DNA of 64,000 nucleotides from Adineta vaga (taxonomy: Eukaryota > Animalia > Rotifera). Location: the NCBI GenBank assembly GCA_021613535.1, contig CP075493.1, forward strand, positions 2,170,001 to 2,234,000. The letters run 5' to 3'. The notes beneath the pieces are model-generated. The model was given only the letters and a program-made list of their open reading frames with translations, ran no database searches and had not been told where the DNA came from. Of the stretch, positions 14,632-28,510 are shown piece by piece. Position numbers and translations under genes: made by a program. Position 1 is the first letter of the stretch. The number at the start of each line of letters is the position of its first letter.

Positions 14632-16273
14632 ATGAAATCATCATCACGTTCAATACTTCAAAATCGTAATGTGGAAAATCGACCAATACCTTCGTAAGTT
14701 TATCAATTTTTTCTCTAAGTGAAATTGAAATGTTTGTTGAACATTTATAGAGAATACTTTCTGGGAGCTAATTCAAATAAACATAACGAAGAAAATCGCA
14801 AACAACACACCGCATCATCATCATCGTCAAAGAATAATGCTGATTTAATTACAAATCATTTGAATGAAACAACAGCAGCAGCAGCATCAAAAACAACATC
14901 TGGAACACCACAGTAAGATATTGTATAACTTTTGGTCATGAATTATAGAATTTATTTAGACATCAATGGACAATTAATGATTTTGAAATAGGTGCACCAT
15001 TAGGTCGTGGACGTTTCGGTCATGTTTATTGTGTTCGTGAAAAGAAGAGCAAATATATTGTTGCTTTAAAAGTATGATTATTATCATTATAAAATCATCT
15101 TTGCAAAAGTGTTCTGTATTTTCTTAGGCAATTATTAAAGATCAAATTTCTACTCCTCGTTTAGCTAAACAATTGATTAGTGAAATTTCTATTCAAAGTC
15201 GTTTGAAGTGAGAAATTCTTTGTTCGAGATTTTACTTCAATTGAAATTCAATGCTATTATTTAGACATCCAAATATTCTACGTTTGTACGGATTTTTTCA
15301 TGATGATCAACGAATCTTTTTACTTTTGGAATATGCACCTGGCGGAGAATTATATCGACGTATGCAAAAAGAAAAATTTCTTCCAGAAACTGAAGCTGCT
15401 GGAGTGAATAAACTTCAAATAAGATTATCTATATGATTGTTTCTTTCTTTCTTTCTTTTCAGTATGTCTACCAACTTTGTAATGCATTGTCATATCTTCA
15501 TTCCAAACAAATTATTCATCGGTAAACAGATTAGAAATTCAATTTCGATTTATTATTTCAATTTTTAGTGATATCAAACCAGAAAATATTCTCATTGGTG
15601 TTTACGGTATTCTAAAACTAGGTAATCATTTTGTTAATTGTTGATTTTACAATGATAAATCTCTCTTGTTTTCAGCTGATTTCGGTTGGTCAGCAGAGAG
15701 TACTGAATCGAATAAGTAAGTCTATTTTTCAAAAGATAATCGATATAATCATTGTTGGATTCAAATAGACGAACAACTCTATGTGGTACATTGGATTATC
15801 TAGCACCGGAAATGTTGAATGGACATGGTTATGATGAGAAAATTGATCTTTGGTGTTTAGGTGTATTTACTTATGAAATGGTAAGATTTGAAATCATTCG
15901 TTGATGTTGTAAATTCTTGAATTCTTGCTTTTTATTTTCAAGATTGTTGGTAAACCTCCATTTGATAGTCAAACTCAACAAGATACAATTCGTTTGATTC
16001 GAACAAATGATTTATCTTTTCCAGCAAACACATCTCATCATGCTCGTGATCTAATTAGTCAAGTGAGATAAACTTTAATAATTGTCTTCTTTATTTATAT
16101 GGAAATATTTCATTTAGTTAATTCGTCGTAATCCTCAAGATCGTATGCCATTAAATCAAATAATTCAACATCAATGGATTATTACAAATGCTAATATAAA
16201 AGCAATCGATGAAAATTATGAGAAAATTAATAAATCAACTTCAATTAATCAGAAAGATGAAAGCAATATCTAA
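14632..16273 (+). CDS. Aurora-family Ser/Thr kinase (multi-exon)
   Basis: [83 protein letters not shown] subtype not assignable by eye. Confidence 0.95.
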
Positions 16274-16947
16274 AATGGATATTATCATTATTAATATTAT
16301 TCTATTTATTTTTCTTCTTATGGTGACACTTCTCAGTTTCGATGATATCTCTATGGAATTTTCTCTTCTTTCTTCTTGTATTTTTTGTCTTATGTGTATT
16401 TCAATCAATTAATCAATATAATATATCTAGATAAAATCGACATATACTTTGGTGTTTTGTTATACAGAGAAGAATTCTGTCAATCATATGTCGTTGTAAG
16501 AGACACAGCTGACAAGAGATGATTACAACGAAAAAATGAAGGATATAGAAACGAGCGTATAGACTCGTTGTTGTTCTTGTTGACTATCATTGTTATTCTT
16601 TTATTGCATTGTCTTTATATTATTCTAAATAAATTCTCTTCCGAATTGATTGCATAGCGATGGAAAGATGTAAGCGTTAGATCGATGAAAAAAAAAGCAA
16701 ATCGAAGAAAGAAAAGAAGATAGAGTAGTTCTTTCCCGTTCTCTGTTCTCTTTTTTTTCTATCATTCTATTGATGTTACTGTTTCTAATGGAACTAGTCC
16801 TATTAGTCAAACAACGATAGTTAGAGAGGATCATTGCACCGTATTAACCCAGCACTTAATAAAATGAATAATAATGCAAACATGAATTGTTCAATATTCA
16901 TTTGATTTATTCTACTACAAAACGTATTGTCATATCTTTGATCGAGA

Positions 16948-18096
16948 ATGTCGAATCATCTATGTTCGAATGTTATTTCATATTGTGCTTTAGCACCGAT
17001 ATTAACGAGTCAATATTCATTTTGGTTATATAGGTAAGAATGAATGTTTTAAGTTTCTATCAATGACTTTATCATAAGAAAATTGGAACGAGAAATAATG
17101 AGTTGACAATCCCTTGGGAAATGACAAAAAAGAAAACGATATCTTTATTTTCTTTTCAATCTAATTAGAAATGAAAAGATCGAATCACTCAATTTATTCA
17201 TACGTCCAGTTATATCAACAGATATTTATGATTTAAAACTTCTCTTTTCGGATTGTACTTTATTTCAACGTGCATCAATTGATTTTTCCATGTATTATTT
17301 TACATTTCGACCTAAACATTCATATATCATTACTTCAAAACATGGCCTCCTAGGACATGCATCGATTAAACAATGGAATTTAACTAAAGATTCAACAACC
17401 ATTGTACTTATGCTTGGTCTTGTTTATATTCGATCCGATTATCGAAAATTTGGTATTGGAGAATTATTAACAAATTATGTCTTAAAAATTCCATCGAATG
17501 ATAATAATTCTATTCATGCAAATATTTTAACACAACATTTACCATTTTATATACGTTATGGTTTTCAAGCATCATTCTCCTTAGTTGGATTAGTTGGTAA
17601 ACTAAATGAATTTTATAATTTAACAAATGTTATTGAAGAAGAAATCGTTATTCAACAATATGAACTATCTGATATACTCGATATTGCTACGTATGATAGT
17701 CGTATCTATCCAACATATCGTATTCATTATTTTGAACAATTACGTGAACATATTTATTCAATTGCTGGTTATGTTGCACGTTCAATAAAAACGAATGCTA
17801 TTTTAGGATATGTTATTCTTAATTTCAGTCAAGAATTTATTAAATGTGGACCATTGTATGCTGATAATATTAATATTGCTTTGTTATTATTACGACAATG
17901 TGCAACAGATTATGATGGAATGATGTTATTAGCATTACCTGAAGATAATCGAATTGCAATGAAAATGTTTGAATCAAAACATTTCAAACAAACACATATT
18001 CTTCATCGAGTTTATACAGGCAATGAGAATATTTTTCAAGAGAAAGTTTTCGAACGTATTTGGGCAATTACAGATGATTGGCTTTCGTTGATTTAA
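16948..18096 (+). CDS. Tandem-GNAT N-acetyltransferase (YitH/HolE-like C-terminal domain), 2 exons
   Basis: Acetyl-CoA motif A LGLVYIRSDYRKFGIG, motif B FYIRYGF, second domain GYVIL...KCGPLYADNINIALLLL...LPEDN. Phase-2 intron 17034-17168 joins a short first exon starting at ATG 16948. Confidence 0.8.
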
Positions 18097-18941
18097 ATCG
18101 ATTTTTATGTATGTCGCAAGTTTCGTTTTTTTCGGGTGCTTTGTCATTTGTGAAGTGTGATAAAAAGCTTATCTTTACTGTTTAAAATACATGATGATCT
18201 CAATTCATTCGTATGCATGTCTTACCAATCTACAATCTAAAAGATTGATACTCAACTACTTGCAAACTACAATTAATAAAAAGTTCTGTCTATCTTATCT
18301 TCTACCAATATGTATAGAACAATTACATTTAGACAACATCCATGGTAAATCATCAATCAAGCGAAAGAACATAATAAGAGAAGAAATAGCACGCATCTGT
18401 TTCCTTTTCTCTATCTGAATAGGATTCTTCCGAAAGGCTTGCCATCGATTAGAAGACAATATAAACTTGTCATATTACAGAATTGTTCTAAAAATATTCT
18501 TGACTTACCGAATAATAGAAATATAATACTGTACTGAGTCACATGTGACGAAAAAAAAGAAAAAAGAAGATTATTTTAAAGAAATCTAATGTAAGTAGTT
18601 ATCATATATGATTTTATTACTAAAACTAATTTTGATCTGATTATCATCATTTGAATATTGATCAAATAAATATCCATATATCTTTGATTAATTCTTTATT
18701 TTGATCACACATCATCTCGTATCAACAACACACAATCTAATTTCAATTGACTGAATGGATATTATTAAATACCAATCCTTTGTACATATAGATGTCACAT
18801 TCGAATATTTGAATGAATCATACGTATACTATTTCATTTCACTTCTATACATGCAATCATAAGAGAACAACTATCAGTCATTTAAATATATATATATAGA
18901 TCAATCGAAAGAAAAATATTCTTTAAACTTTAGTATTAAAC

Positions 18942-21052
18942 ATGAATAACGATAGTGATGTCAATCCATTTGCTGATCCATCTATTCAGCAAGCTACTCA
19001 ACAAACATTGTTCGTTGTTTTTATCTGTTATCTCAATCTTTATTTATCTTTTTTTTCTCAGTACAAATCAACAGACACTTAGTGAATATAATCCATTTGC
19101 AAATGCGACTGTTGGATCAAAAGTATGTTCGATAAAATCTTCTTTGTTGAACAATATTATTTATGATTATCTTCAGATAACACAAAGCAATACAGATAAT
19201 ACACCTGTATCATTTACTCAACAATTACCACCATCCTATGCATCTGCAGGAACATCAATTCCTCCTCAACAAACAAATCGAGTTGATTTTAGTCAATTCG
19301 AACGACAACAAGCCGAACTTGAACAACGTGAAAAACGTCTTGCAGAACGTGAACGAGAATTAAGAAATTTACAAGCTCCACGTAAATTTATTTTGAATTT
19401 TATAGTTTCGAGAAAGAATTTTTTAGTTCTGATAACGTAATATTAATTCGAGTTTATAATCAATCGAAACATGAGAATAAATAACATCGCATATGCTATT
19501 TGTATGTACAGGATATACTTAGAAAATGAGTTTTTGTTATAAACATTCTGCATTCTCTGGAATTTGAAGGATGAAATAGACACAAATAATGTCAATCATC
19601 TTGTTGTAGAATTTCTTATTGCTTATTGTCTTTAGAACGTGAGAAAAACTTTCCACCATTACCCGATTGGTCTCCACTTCGACCATGTTTCTATCAAGAT
19701 ATTAATGTTGAAATTCCACCTGAATTTCAAAAATGGGTTCGTTATCTTTATTATCTATGGTTACGTATGTAATTTCAATCATGACATATGCATTCATGCG
19801 ATTCGTTTTGTATTCTTAGTATATTCAGCAACATTGGCTTTGAATATGATCGCAGCATTCTCTTATTTAAGTTTGTAGAAAAATTTAATTTCTTTTTTTT
19901 TAAATATTTTCTTAAATAGTGGTTGATAAAGAAGGTGCAGCAACATTTGGCCTATCGATAGTCTATTTCGTACTATTTATTCCATGCTCATATGCTTGTT
20001 GGTTTCGACCAATCTATCGAGCATTTAGGTAATATACTTATAGAGAGAAAAATCTAATATGAATAGATATTTGAGAAAGATGAGATATATCTTCTAGATC
20101 CGATCGATCCGTGGATTTTATGATCTTTTTTTTCATAATCTTCTTTCAAATCTGCATCTCTATTTTTATGATATTGGGTTTACAAAATTCAGGATTTTGG
20201 TAATACAAATATTTAAAAAAACCTAACTATCTAATTTCATCCGATTAACTCTTCTAAAACAATACTTAATTACTAATTATATTCTTTTGTCTAATTTTCT
20301 CTAGACAAGACAGTGCATCCAGCTTTATGATCTTTTTTCTCATCTTCTTCATTCAAATTGTCATAACAATCTTACAATTCTTCGGTGTTGCTAATCTTGG
20401 ATGGTAATATATATCAATATCACATAGATTTGAATTTCTTCAATGTATTTCTTTTGCATGATAATAATTGCTTGCTTTTTGTTTCTTTCGAGAGAGAAAA
20501 AAACAAGTTCTAAGACATATTCTCTATTTCAGTGGGTTTATATTAATGGTGAAATTATTCTCATCAGGTGGAAGTAAAATTATTGTTGGTATTATTGTTA
20601 TGATTGTCACATTAAGTTTTGCAATCATTGCTGTTGCTGATGGTTTATTATTGATAAAGGTAAAATAAACTAACACCACAGGACTTCAAAATAATGTAGT
20701 TAATTATGAACTAGCCTTCGTCATATCTATAGGGTATTATGCTATTAGTGTTTTTGAGTAGACTGCTCTATTTCCTGCTATAGCTCATATGTTTTATAAG
20801 TAGTACAGTTCTTCGATGTATAGCATAGAGTTCTTTCTAGGTACATCGTTTATATCGTCAATCTGGAGCAACACTTGAACAAGCTCAACGTGAATTTCAA
20901 TCCGCTTTTGTGAACAAGTAAACTTATACCTTAAATAACAATCAATCATTACATATATTTGTATATTTAGTCCAACTGTTCGTGGAGCTGCTCGTGAAGT
21001 AGCTACAGCTGGTATAAATCAAACTGTACGTGGTACTAGTTATACAAAATAA
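18942..21052 (+). CDS. SCAMP: Secretory carrier-associated membrane protein with duplicated TM3 exon
   Basis: NPFADPS and EYNPF repeats, [13 protein letters not shown] coiled coil, [38 protein letters not shown]-peptide, [20 protein letters not shown]. Confidence 0.95.
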
Positions 21053-21259
21053 ACAATCTATTGAACATTATCAAAAACAAAACACTAATAAAACATATTT
21101 TATTTTCTTTTTCGTTATGATTGTATTATTCTCGATTATTTTCAAAAAAAAAACGAAGAAAAGATATTTCTAAAATCATCTGATCAATTTTTTGAATTTG
21201 TATATTTTAATATGGAGAGATATTTGGATCTATATACATTCTAGACATTAGCTGTGAAT

Positions 21260-22532
21260 ATGGACTCGATTGATATAAAAAAGAAAACAGATGAAAAGAT
21301 TGTTGATCCATCTATACGAACAGAAGCTCAACGTTATTCTTTACCAACACGTTTCGCGTTTTTACCCGATAAAGTCATTGGTGAATTATGGTATTTTCGT
21401 TTATTGACATTGAGTTATTATTATATATTCATCTATTTTCATGGATTTGAAAGTAAAAATAAGTCTTCGAATATAATTCAAAGTTTGTTTTATATATCAT
21501 TATTATAGTTATTGGAATGGAGAAAATTGATCGTAAACAAGGTTGTCTTTTCATATCTCGTCATTCAACACATAATGCAGAGATTCAGGGTGCAATCGTC
21601 TGCACATATCATAAGACCGGTCGAGTCATTCGGTAGATATTCTATTCAAGATTTTCATGACGCTTTTGAAATGGGTTGTTAGATCTTTAATACATCGTCA
21701 AATAATGCTGATATTTTCATTTCTTCGATTGATGGGTTGCGTGCCTGGTAAACGTGATACCGCAGTCTCGTTATTGAATAGTAGATTTTGGGTAGCTGTT
21801 ATTCCAGGTAAGAGATTACCTTGAATTTATCGACATGTTAATTTAGTTATTTGTAAATGTAGGTGGTGCTGAAGAAGCAATGGTTGGTCATGAAAATGCA
21901 TATAAAGTATGTTGGCCAGAAAATCGTAAGTTTATTTTTGTTTTCTATTTTGGAAATAGGATACCTTTAATTTGAAATCATCGTTGTTTATTTTTCTAGG
22001 TAAAGGTTTTGTGCATGTTGCAACTGAAGCAGGTGTACCAATTATTCCAACATTTATGGCGAATCAAGAAGAAATGCGTTGGAATCCCATACTTTTTCTT
22101 TGGAATCTGTTTGGTCTTGGTCATTTATATTCATATATTCTTAAATTAGAAATACCTCTCTTGACACCACTTTTACATTCGATTGGTACAATAATTTGGT
22201 TTTCAATGACATGGATTCAAATTCCAATACCTGCGCAATTAACTTTATATATCGGTGATCCAGTACAATATGATATGTCCAAAGATACTATTGATGATGT
22301 AAGCTGATATAATCTTATTCTTCTCTATTTATAAAAGAAAGGTTAATGTTTTTTTTCTTCATATTACTACAAGGTGGTTGAACGAAGTCGCACTGCCCTA
22401 CAAGCGTTAATTAATCAATATCAACCACAAGGAAAATCTTATAGTAATGCTATTAAACAACGCATCGAATCAGTGACGAAATATTGGACAGAAGAAATTT
22501 TCAATACGATTCAAAAGAAGAAAAGCAATTAA
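21260..22532 (+). CDS. TMEM68/DGAT2-superfamily acyltransferase
   Basis: YFHGFEIIGMEKI, LFISRHSTHNAEI, VAVIPGGAEEA, WPENRKGFVHVATEAGVPIIPTF..NQEE, IPAQLTLYIGDPVQYD. Confidence 0.8.
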
Positions 22533-24994
22533 TCATATTTAATAATTCCTTGTGTGATACATTGATTTTTTTTATTGGCTTTTAGTCAAATGATTTTTTT
22601 TGATTTTTTTTTCGCATACGAATATGTATGCGAACTAACACGATTGATGAAAAGAATCAAGGCAACAATATCTATGTAATCTGTTTGTTCAACCGATGAA
22701 AATTGATTAAGACAGGTCTGAGATGAATGAAATATCTATTTACATTCACAATTTTCCAACTCATCCTTCATAGATTTTTCTCTCTTCATTTCAGTTAATT
22801 ATTTAAGTAATATAATAATCAATTTACTATTCAAGTCAAATCAAATTAGACTTGAATTTTTTTGTCAAGTTAAATCATATCTAATCAATATTTTCTATGG
22901 ATATATAACATTCATCGAAGAACCTGAAATTATCCCACGTATATTTCAATTCATTGAACGTTATTCAATTAATTATATAGATCAGTTTTTTTTAATTTCC
23001 TCTAAAAATATTCTGATATTTACAAATCAGTCAAGTAGAAATAGCAATTCTTTTGATTATTTACCTGCCTTAATCATCTTGTTTTTACTTACTAGTTTGC
23101 TATATTTAGTTTATTTAATTACGATTATTTATCTCCTTATAAGTATCATCATAGAATCTCAACGTATTTATTATTCTTTAACAATAGATTAATTATCTTA
23201 GATGGATTCATCAATAAGACAGACTACAGGTGTAATGTTAGACTAATCATCATCAAAAACACTTGATGATGTGTATTTATAAATAGAAAGAATATTATTC
23301 TTGTTTTTCTTCGACGATATTGAAGAAAAAGAAGTCTTTTATGTTGATTAACATTAACAGAATGGTAGTATAGTTACACCAGCAATAATATGAAAAACTG
23401 AATGAATTATTAAATTTCAATGGTAGATAGCAACATATTCCATATGAGAACGGATATGGCACCGTCTCATCGGGGAATTTTTTTCTGTAATTTTCATATT
23501 CTTTTCTGAATAAAAGGATACGATATAGTAACGGAGAAAAAGATTCTAGATATATATTTTTTCTCGTCTTCTTCTTTTTCTGCTTCTTCTTCTTCTTCTT
23601 CTTTTTTGTATTGATGTCTCTTTGTCTCCAAAGAACAAAGGAAAAAGTGAAAAGGGTAAAGAATTATAGTGTAGAATGGAAACGACTTTTCATCCTGTAG
23701 ATTGTTTTCAAGCATGCTATTATCATACACGTCGTTCTTGATGATGTTTTTCATGTTGTTTGACTCGCTCGAGAAAATAGAGAGGAATGAAGAGGAGAAG
23801 GAGAATAAGAGGAAACGGTAGTGAGTTTTAGTTCTAAAGTTAATGAGCAGACTTGAAAATATTTATTGTTAGAAAACAAGAATGAATATGCCAAAAACTG
23901 TTTCTCAAGTATCATCTTTCGTAAGTATCCTTTTCTATTCATTCAAATCATTATACTCGATTTGAGTTAGACATGTTTGTTTAACATTTCTCTCACTGAC
24001 AACGGATATGCGGTAAAATAGTTCGACTAATGATGTTATATTTTGTTTTCGATTCATTCTTGAACATCTTGCGATCTACCGCATCCTATCTGTCATATTT
24101 TGTCATGTATTTAACTATGATAATATGCATATGTGAGTGACATCAATTGTTAGGATAAAATTCAAAGGAAGAACTAACTGATAGGATGATTACGTGTCTA
24201 ACTCAAGCACGTAATGAAAGAATTATATTTCATTTCCAACAACAACATCATCAACAAGTGATCATCGACAAGTCTCAAGTGATTTTTCTTTTATTGCTAC
24301 TAAGATGAATAAAAAAACACTCGAATTTCTTCTCTCTTTTTTTTGCTTCATAATAATTAAAGTGAACCCCTGGAGAAGAGGAAACTTTTTTTCTCTCCTT
24401 CTCTTTGACATATGAAAACGAGTAAGATCGATTGATTAGGTAGTTATGTTAGTATAGAAATCGATAAATTTACATGTTTAGTTTGTTCTCGGTATAGAAT
24501 GACAAATTAATCGTCATCATTTTCCATGTAGTTCTGTTATAGATGACTATATGAATCATGTAAATTCGATTAATATAGAATTATAAGTAAATATACGCGT
24601 GCTAGTTTAAAAAATATTCCTGCTGTTCTTTATACAGAAAATAACCTATTAGAAAACAGATCTTTGTCCTTCTCTCTCTCGATTTTTCTTCTATATGAAC
24701 TATTTATTTAGTCAAAACAGACGTGACGATAGTTTCTTTACATAGTATTGAATAGATTCGTTTCGAACATGTTTGTCTTTAATTCATTATTCTCCAGAAC
24801 AAACGATCATTATGTCACTTGTATCAACGTCTATTTATAGGAGACAGTGGCGCTGATATGTATATTTCTATTTAGTGCCAAACATGATTACACTGTTAAA
24901 CGATTCTTCTTTCCTTTCCTTTCCTTACCTTGCTTATTACTATTGCAGATGGGAATAAAAATTTTAATACAGTAAAGTGATTTCTTTTTTTTAG

Positions 24995-27973
24995 ATGAAA
25001 GACGCCGGTAACAGCGCCTTTGTCTGTCCAAATGATCGTCAATTACAACTACGAGCAAAGTAAAACCATATCATTTACTAATTACTCTTTAATTTGTTAT
25101 TAATAGACTTAATTCCGGTTGGTCATTTCATTCTGGTCGTCCAGCACCGATAGGTGCAGCAGCAGCAGCAGCAGCAGCTCGTTTAAATAATTCAATTATA
25201 TCGAATACAAATCAAACACTACGCGATGAAGAACTTGAACGAATTAAAAAAGTTCTTGATCGTGCTCAACGTATTGAAGTACTTGAACAGGAACGCGTCG
25301 GGTAAAGAGAATCAATGACTTTGTAATATATTAATGTCTCTATTCAGGAAACTAATCGATCGATTAGAAAATATGAAAAAACATGCAAATGGAAATGGAT
25401 CAACACAATGCGTTCTATGTGCTGATGGATTCGGAATGTTAGGTGCATCATCTGTCTTATGTGTTGATTGTCATAAAGTAATTATCTAAAGATTATGTTT
25501 TTTTAATGATCAAGAATTATTTAGGCTGTTTGTAATAAATGTTCAATTGAAACGATTTACAATCAACAGGTTATTACTTTATGTAAAATTTGCAGTGAAA
25601 ATCGTGAAGTAAGTTGTATCTGGTTCATGTATTTATGGAAATTGTTGGGTTTTAGTTATGGAAAAAATCTGGTGCTTGGTTTTTCCGAACTTTACCTACA
25701 CGAGCGAGCTTACCTGCAAATGTAAAAGCAAGTCCACAGAAAACTTCTGTTGCTATAGTGAAAAGTATTCGTAATCATAAAAATAGAATTATAATCTTAT
25801 AGAACACACTTTTATAGATCATGATACATCAAGTGATGATGATTCCAGTTCAGATGAACGACGAAGTAGTAAAACTGGTCGATTAGCTGAACGACATTCA
25901 CCTTTGACAGGTTAGATTAATATATATATATATGCTTTCTATTATTCTTTTATTGCTCTCTCAATTTTTACAGCATTACCAAGTAATCCTTACCCAACTG
26001 TAAATTCTTTTCAACCGGTCTTTGAAACTACTAATTCTATTGATGAGCCCGATCGAGATGGAAGTATTGATTCATCAAAAGCTGATGAACAGAGTTGCAA
26101 AGGTATGAGATATTTCATATATATTTATGCAACAAAATAATTTGATTGTTTTAGAACTTTCAATCGAAGAATATTTTCCTAAAACTCAATCAATTCGTTC
26201 TCCTAGTTCATCTATAATCTCTGGAATAACACCTTCACCATCAAATATTCGTCCATCAAATTCTGTAATTGTCAATACTTCTTCACCTATTGATGATTGT
26301 GGTTTGTTAAAACATCCTAACTAAAAACAAACTTATCAATTTCATGAGATTCTTTTTATTAGGATTTGGTACATTAGATTTTGAAGTCATTTGGAAAGAA
26401 TCATTGAATGTTTTAACTATAACATTAATACGAGCACGAAATCTTCGTTCATGTGATTCGAATGGACTTTCGGATCCTTATGTAAAATTACATCTTGTAC
26501 CAGGAGTTGCCAAAGTAAAGAGTTTGATTTATCATAAAATGTTAAATCATAATTATAATCTAGGCAACTAAATTACGCAGTCATACAATTCGTCGTACAT
26601 TAAACCCGGATTTTGATGAAACACTCGTTTATAATGGAATATCTTTAGATGACATAAAAAATAGAACATTGAAGTAAAACTATAAACTTGTTTTCGAAAT
26701 ATTTAAATATGACTTTTTTTTCTTTTTTCATAGATTTTCGGTATATGATGAAGATTCTGTTGGTTCTGATTTTCTCGGTGAATATCGTTTAAAATTATCA
26801 ACAATTCGACCTGATGCAAGAGAAGCTTATTCAATTTATTTACAAAACAAAACAGAAGTAAGTTCAACTTATGATTTTTCTTTCTCTATACATTTCTTTT
26901 GATAATTATCAATAACTTTAGGATATTGAGGTAAATTGATAAAATCATATCGCTTTTCTTCGTTGTATATACGTTTATTATCTATGTTGCTTCTTGATTT
27001 TGTTATTGTCTATCGCAATGTTGGTTAAAGGAAATGACAATGCTTACCTTTTGATTATTGATAATAGTTTGTAATCAGTGGGTTTGTTGATGAACATACG
27101 TATTTATTTGAAAACAACAATTCCCACTCTTTGTTTTTTTGAAAACTATTATCATAGTTAAATACGGACTGGAATCTATTGTTTCTATTTATCTATACAT
27201 AACATGTTTAAACATATCTTTTGTTTAGTTACCGACGGATGAAGATAAAAATGAACGTGGAAAAATTCTCCTTAGTTTAATGTACTCAAAATCGACAAGT
27301 AATTTTCATGTCAAAGTCATTCGTGGATGTCAATTATTACCAATGGATTTCGGGCAAACATCCGATCCTTATTGTAAATTATCATTATTTCCTTCGATTG
27401 ATATGAATATCAAATGGAATTTTAAAACATCAGTGAAAAAACATACTTTACAACCAGAATATAATGAAGAATTCATTTTTCAACATATACAATTACAAGA
27501 TTTGATTAGTAGAACATTACAAATAACTGTATATGATAAGGATATGGGGAAAAAAGATGATTATATTGGTAAGTATGTTATTATTCAAAACTATTCAAGC
27601 TTTATAAACGTACCGGATAGTGATTTTTCACTTTACATACAGATGAATGACTTTGTACTTGGGGATATTTCCATGCAGAATATCATGCTTTTGAAGAAAA
27701 ACACATTAAAAATGAACACGATTGATATTTTTCTGCGAAATCTCTGATGTTATAATTATGAATAATTGATAACAAAAAAACTTAATTTGTTTTTTTTTCT
27801 TTTTCTCCATTGTAGGTGGTTTTCAATTAGGTCAATCAGCATCAGGTGATGATTTAAAACATTGGTTATTAATGGTACGATCTCCTGATCAATGGATTGA
27901 AATGTGGCATAAATTAAAACCTGAACAGTTTCATACAACTTTAAATCAAAGAGATTCACAAATATCTCGATAA
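24995..27973 (+). CDS. RPH3A: Rabphilin (Rab-binding FYVE-type Zn finger + two C2 domains)
   Basis: FVCPNDRQLQLRAKLNSGWS, EQERVGKLIDRLENMK, CVLC...CVDC...CNKC...CKICSENRELWKKSGAWFF, C2A (DSNGLSDPYVKLHLVPG) and C2B (MDFGQTSDPYCKL, VYDKDMGKKDDYIGG). Confidence 0.93.
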
Positions 27974-28432
27974 AAAACAAACTTTTTCGTTAAAAAACCG
28001 TCGTTCTTTTTCTATTTCATATAAAAATTTATTTTGTGAACTATATTCTGTGTGTTTGTGCAGCAGAGAGCAAAATTTGACATTCCTTTTTTGCTGTGAA
28101 TGATGATGATAATTGTTCTTGTTTGTATTTGTATACAGGGATCTTTCATTCTTCTTTTTAAATAAGAATTTCTCATTTTAAGTCTTCCTTCTTCTTCGAA
28201 TTATTGTTATGTATTAATAAGAGAAACAACAGCAACAACAACCAACTTTTCATATTATTCAACTGTCAAAATTGCCCATTTAATTTTAAAAAAAACCCGA
28301 CATTTTCTTCGTTGTGAACTTTTGTTGTATCAGTTGATTTTCTTTTCAAAATTTAACAATAAATATTCTTAACATCATTTAACGCCATCTTTGTCGAACA
28401 AATTAAAAGTATTTAGTAACAGTTACAAGGCT

Positions 28433-28445
28433 GTTGCATAGTAAC
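28433..28445 (+). promoter_or_regulatory. RFX X-box upstream of FAM81-like gene
   Basis: Near-palindromic GTTGCATAGTAAC, 65 nt before ATG 28511; a second weaker GTATTTAGTAAC at 28409-28420. Confidence 0.6.
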
Positions 28446-28510
28446 GTTCGTTGAAAGGAAATAAAACCGAGTTTTGATCAAAAGAGAGAAAAGAATCATT
28501 TGAAATAATT

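Noticed and set aside
23494-23942. Two minus-strand ORFs, one with poly-Glu
   Set aside because: Produced by a (CTT)n tract and AT-rich sequence in the probable rabphilin upstream region; no domain.
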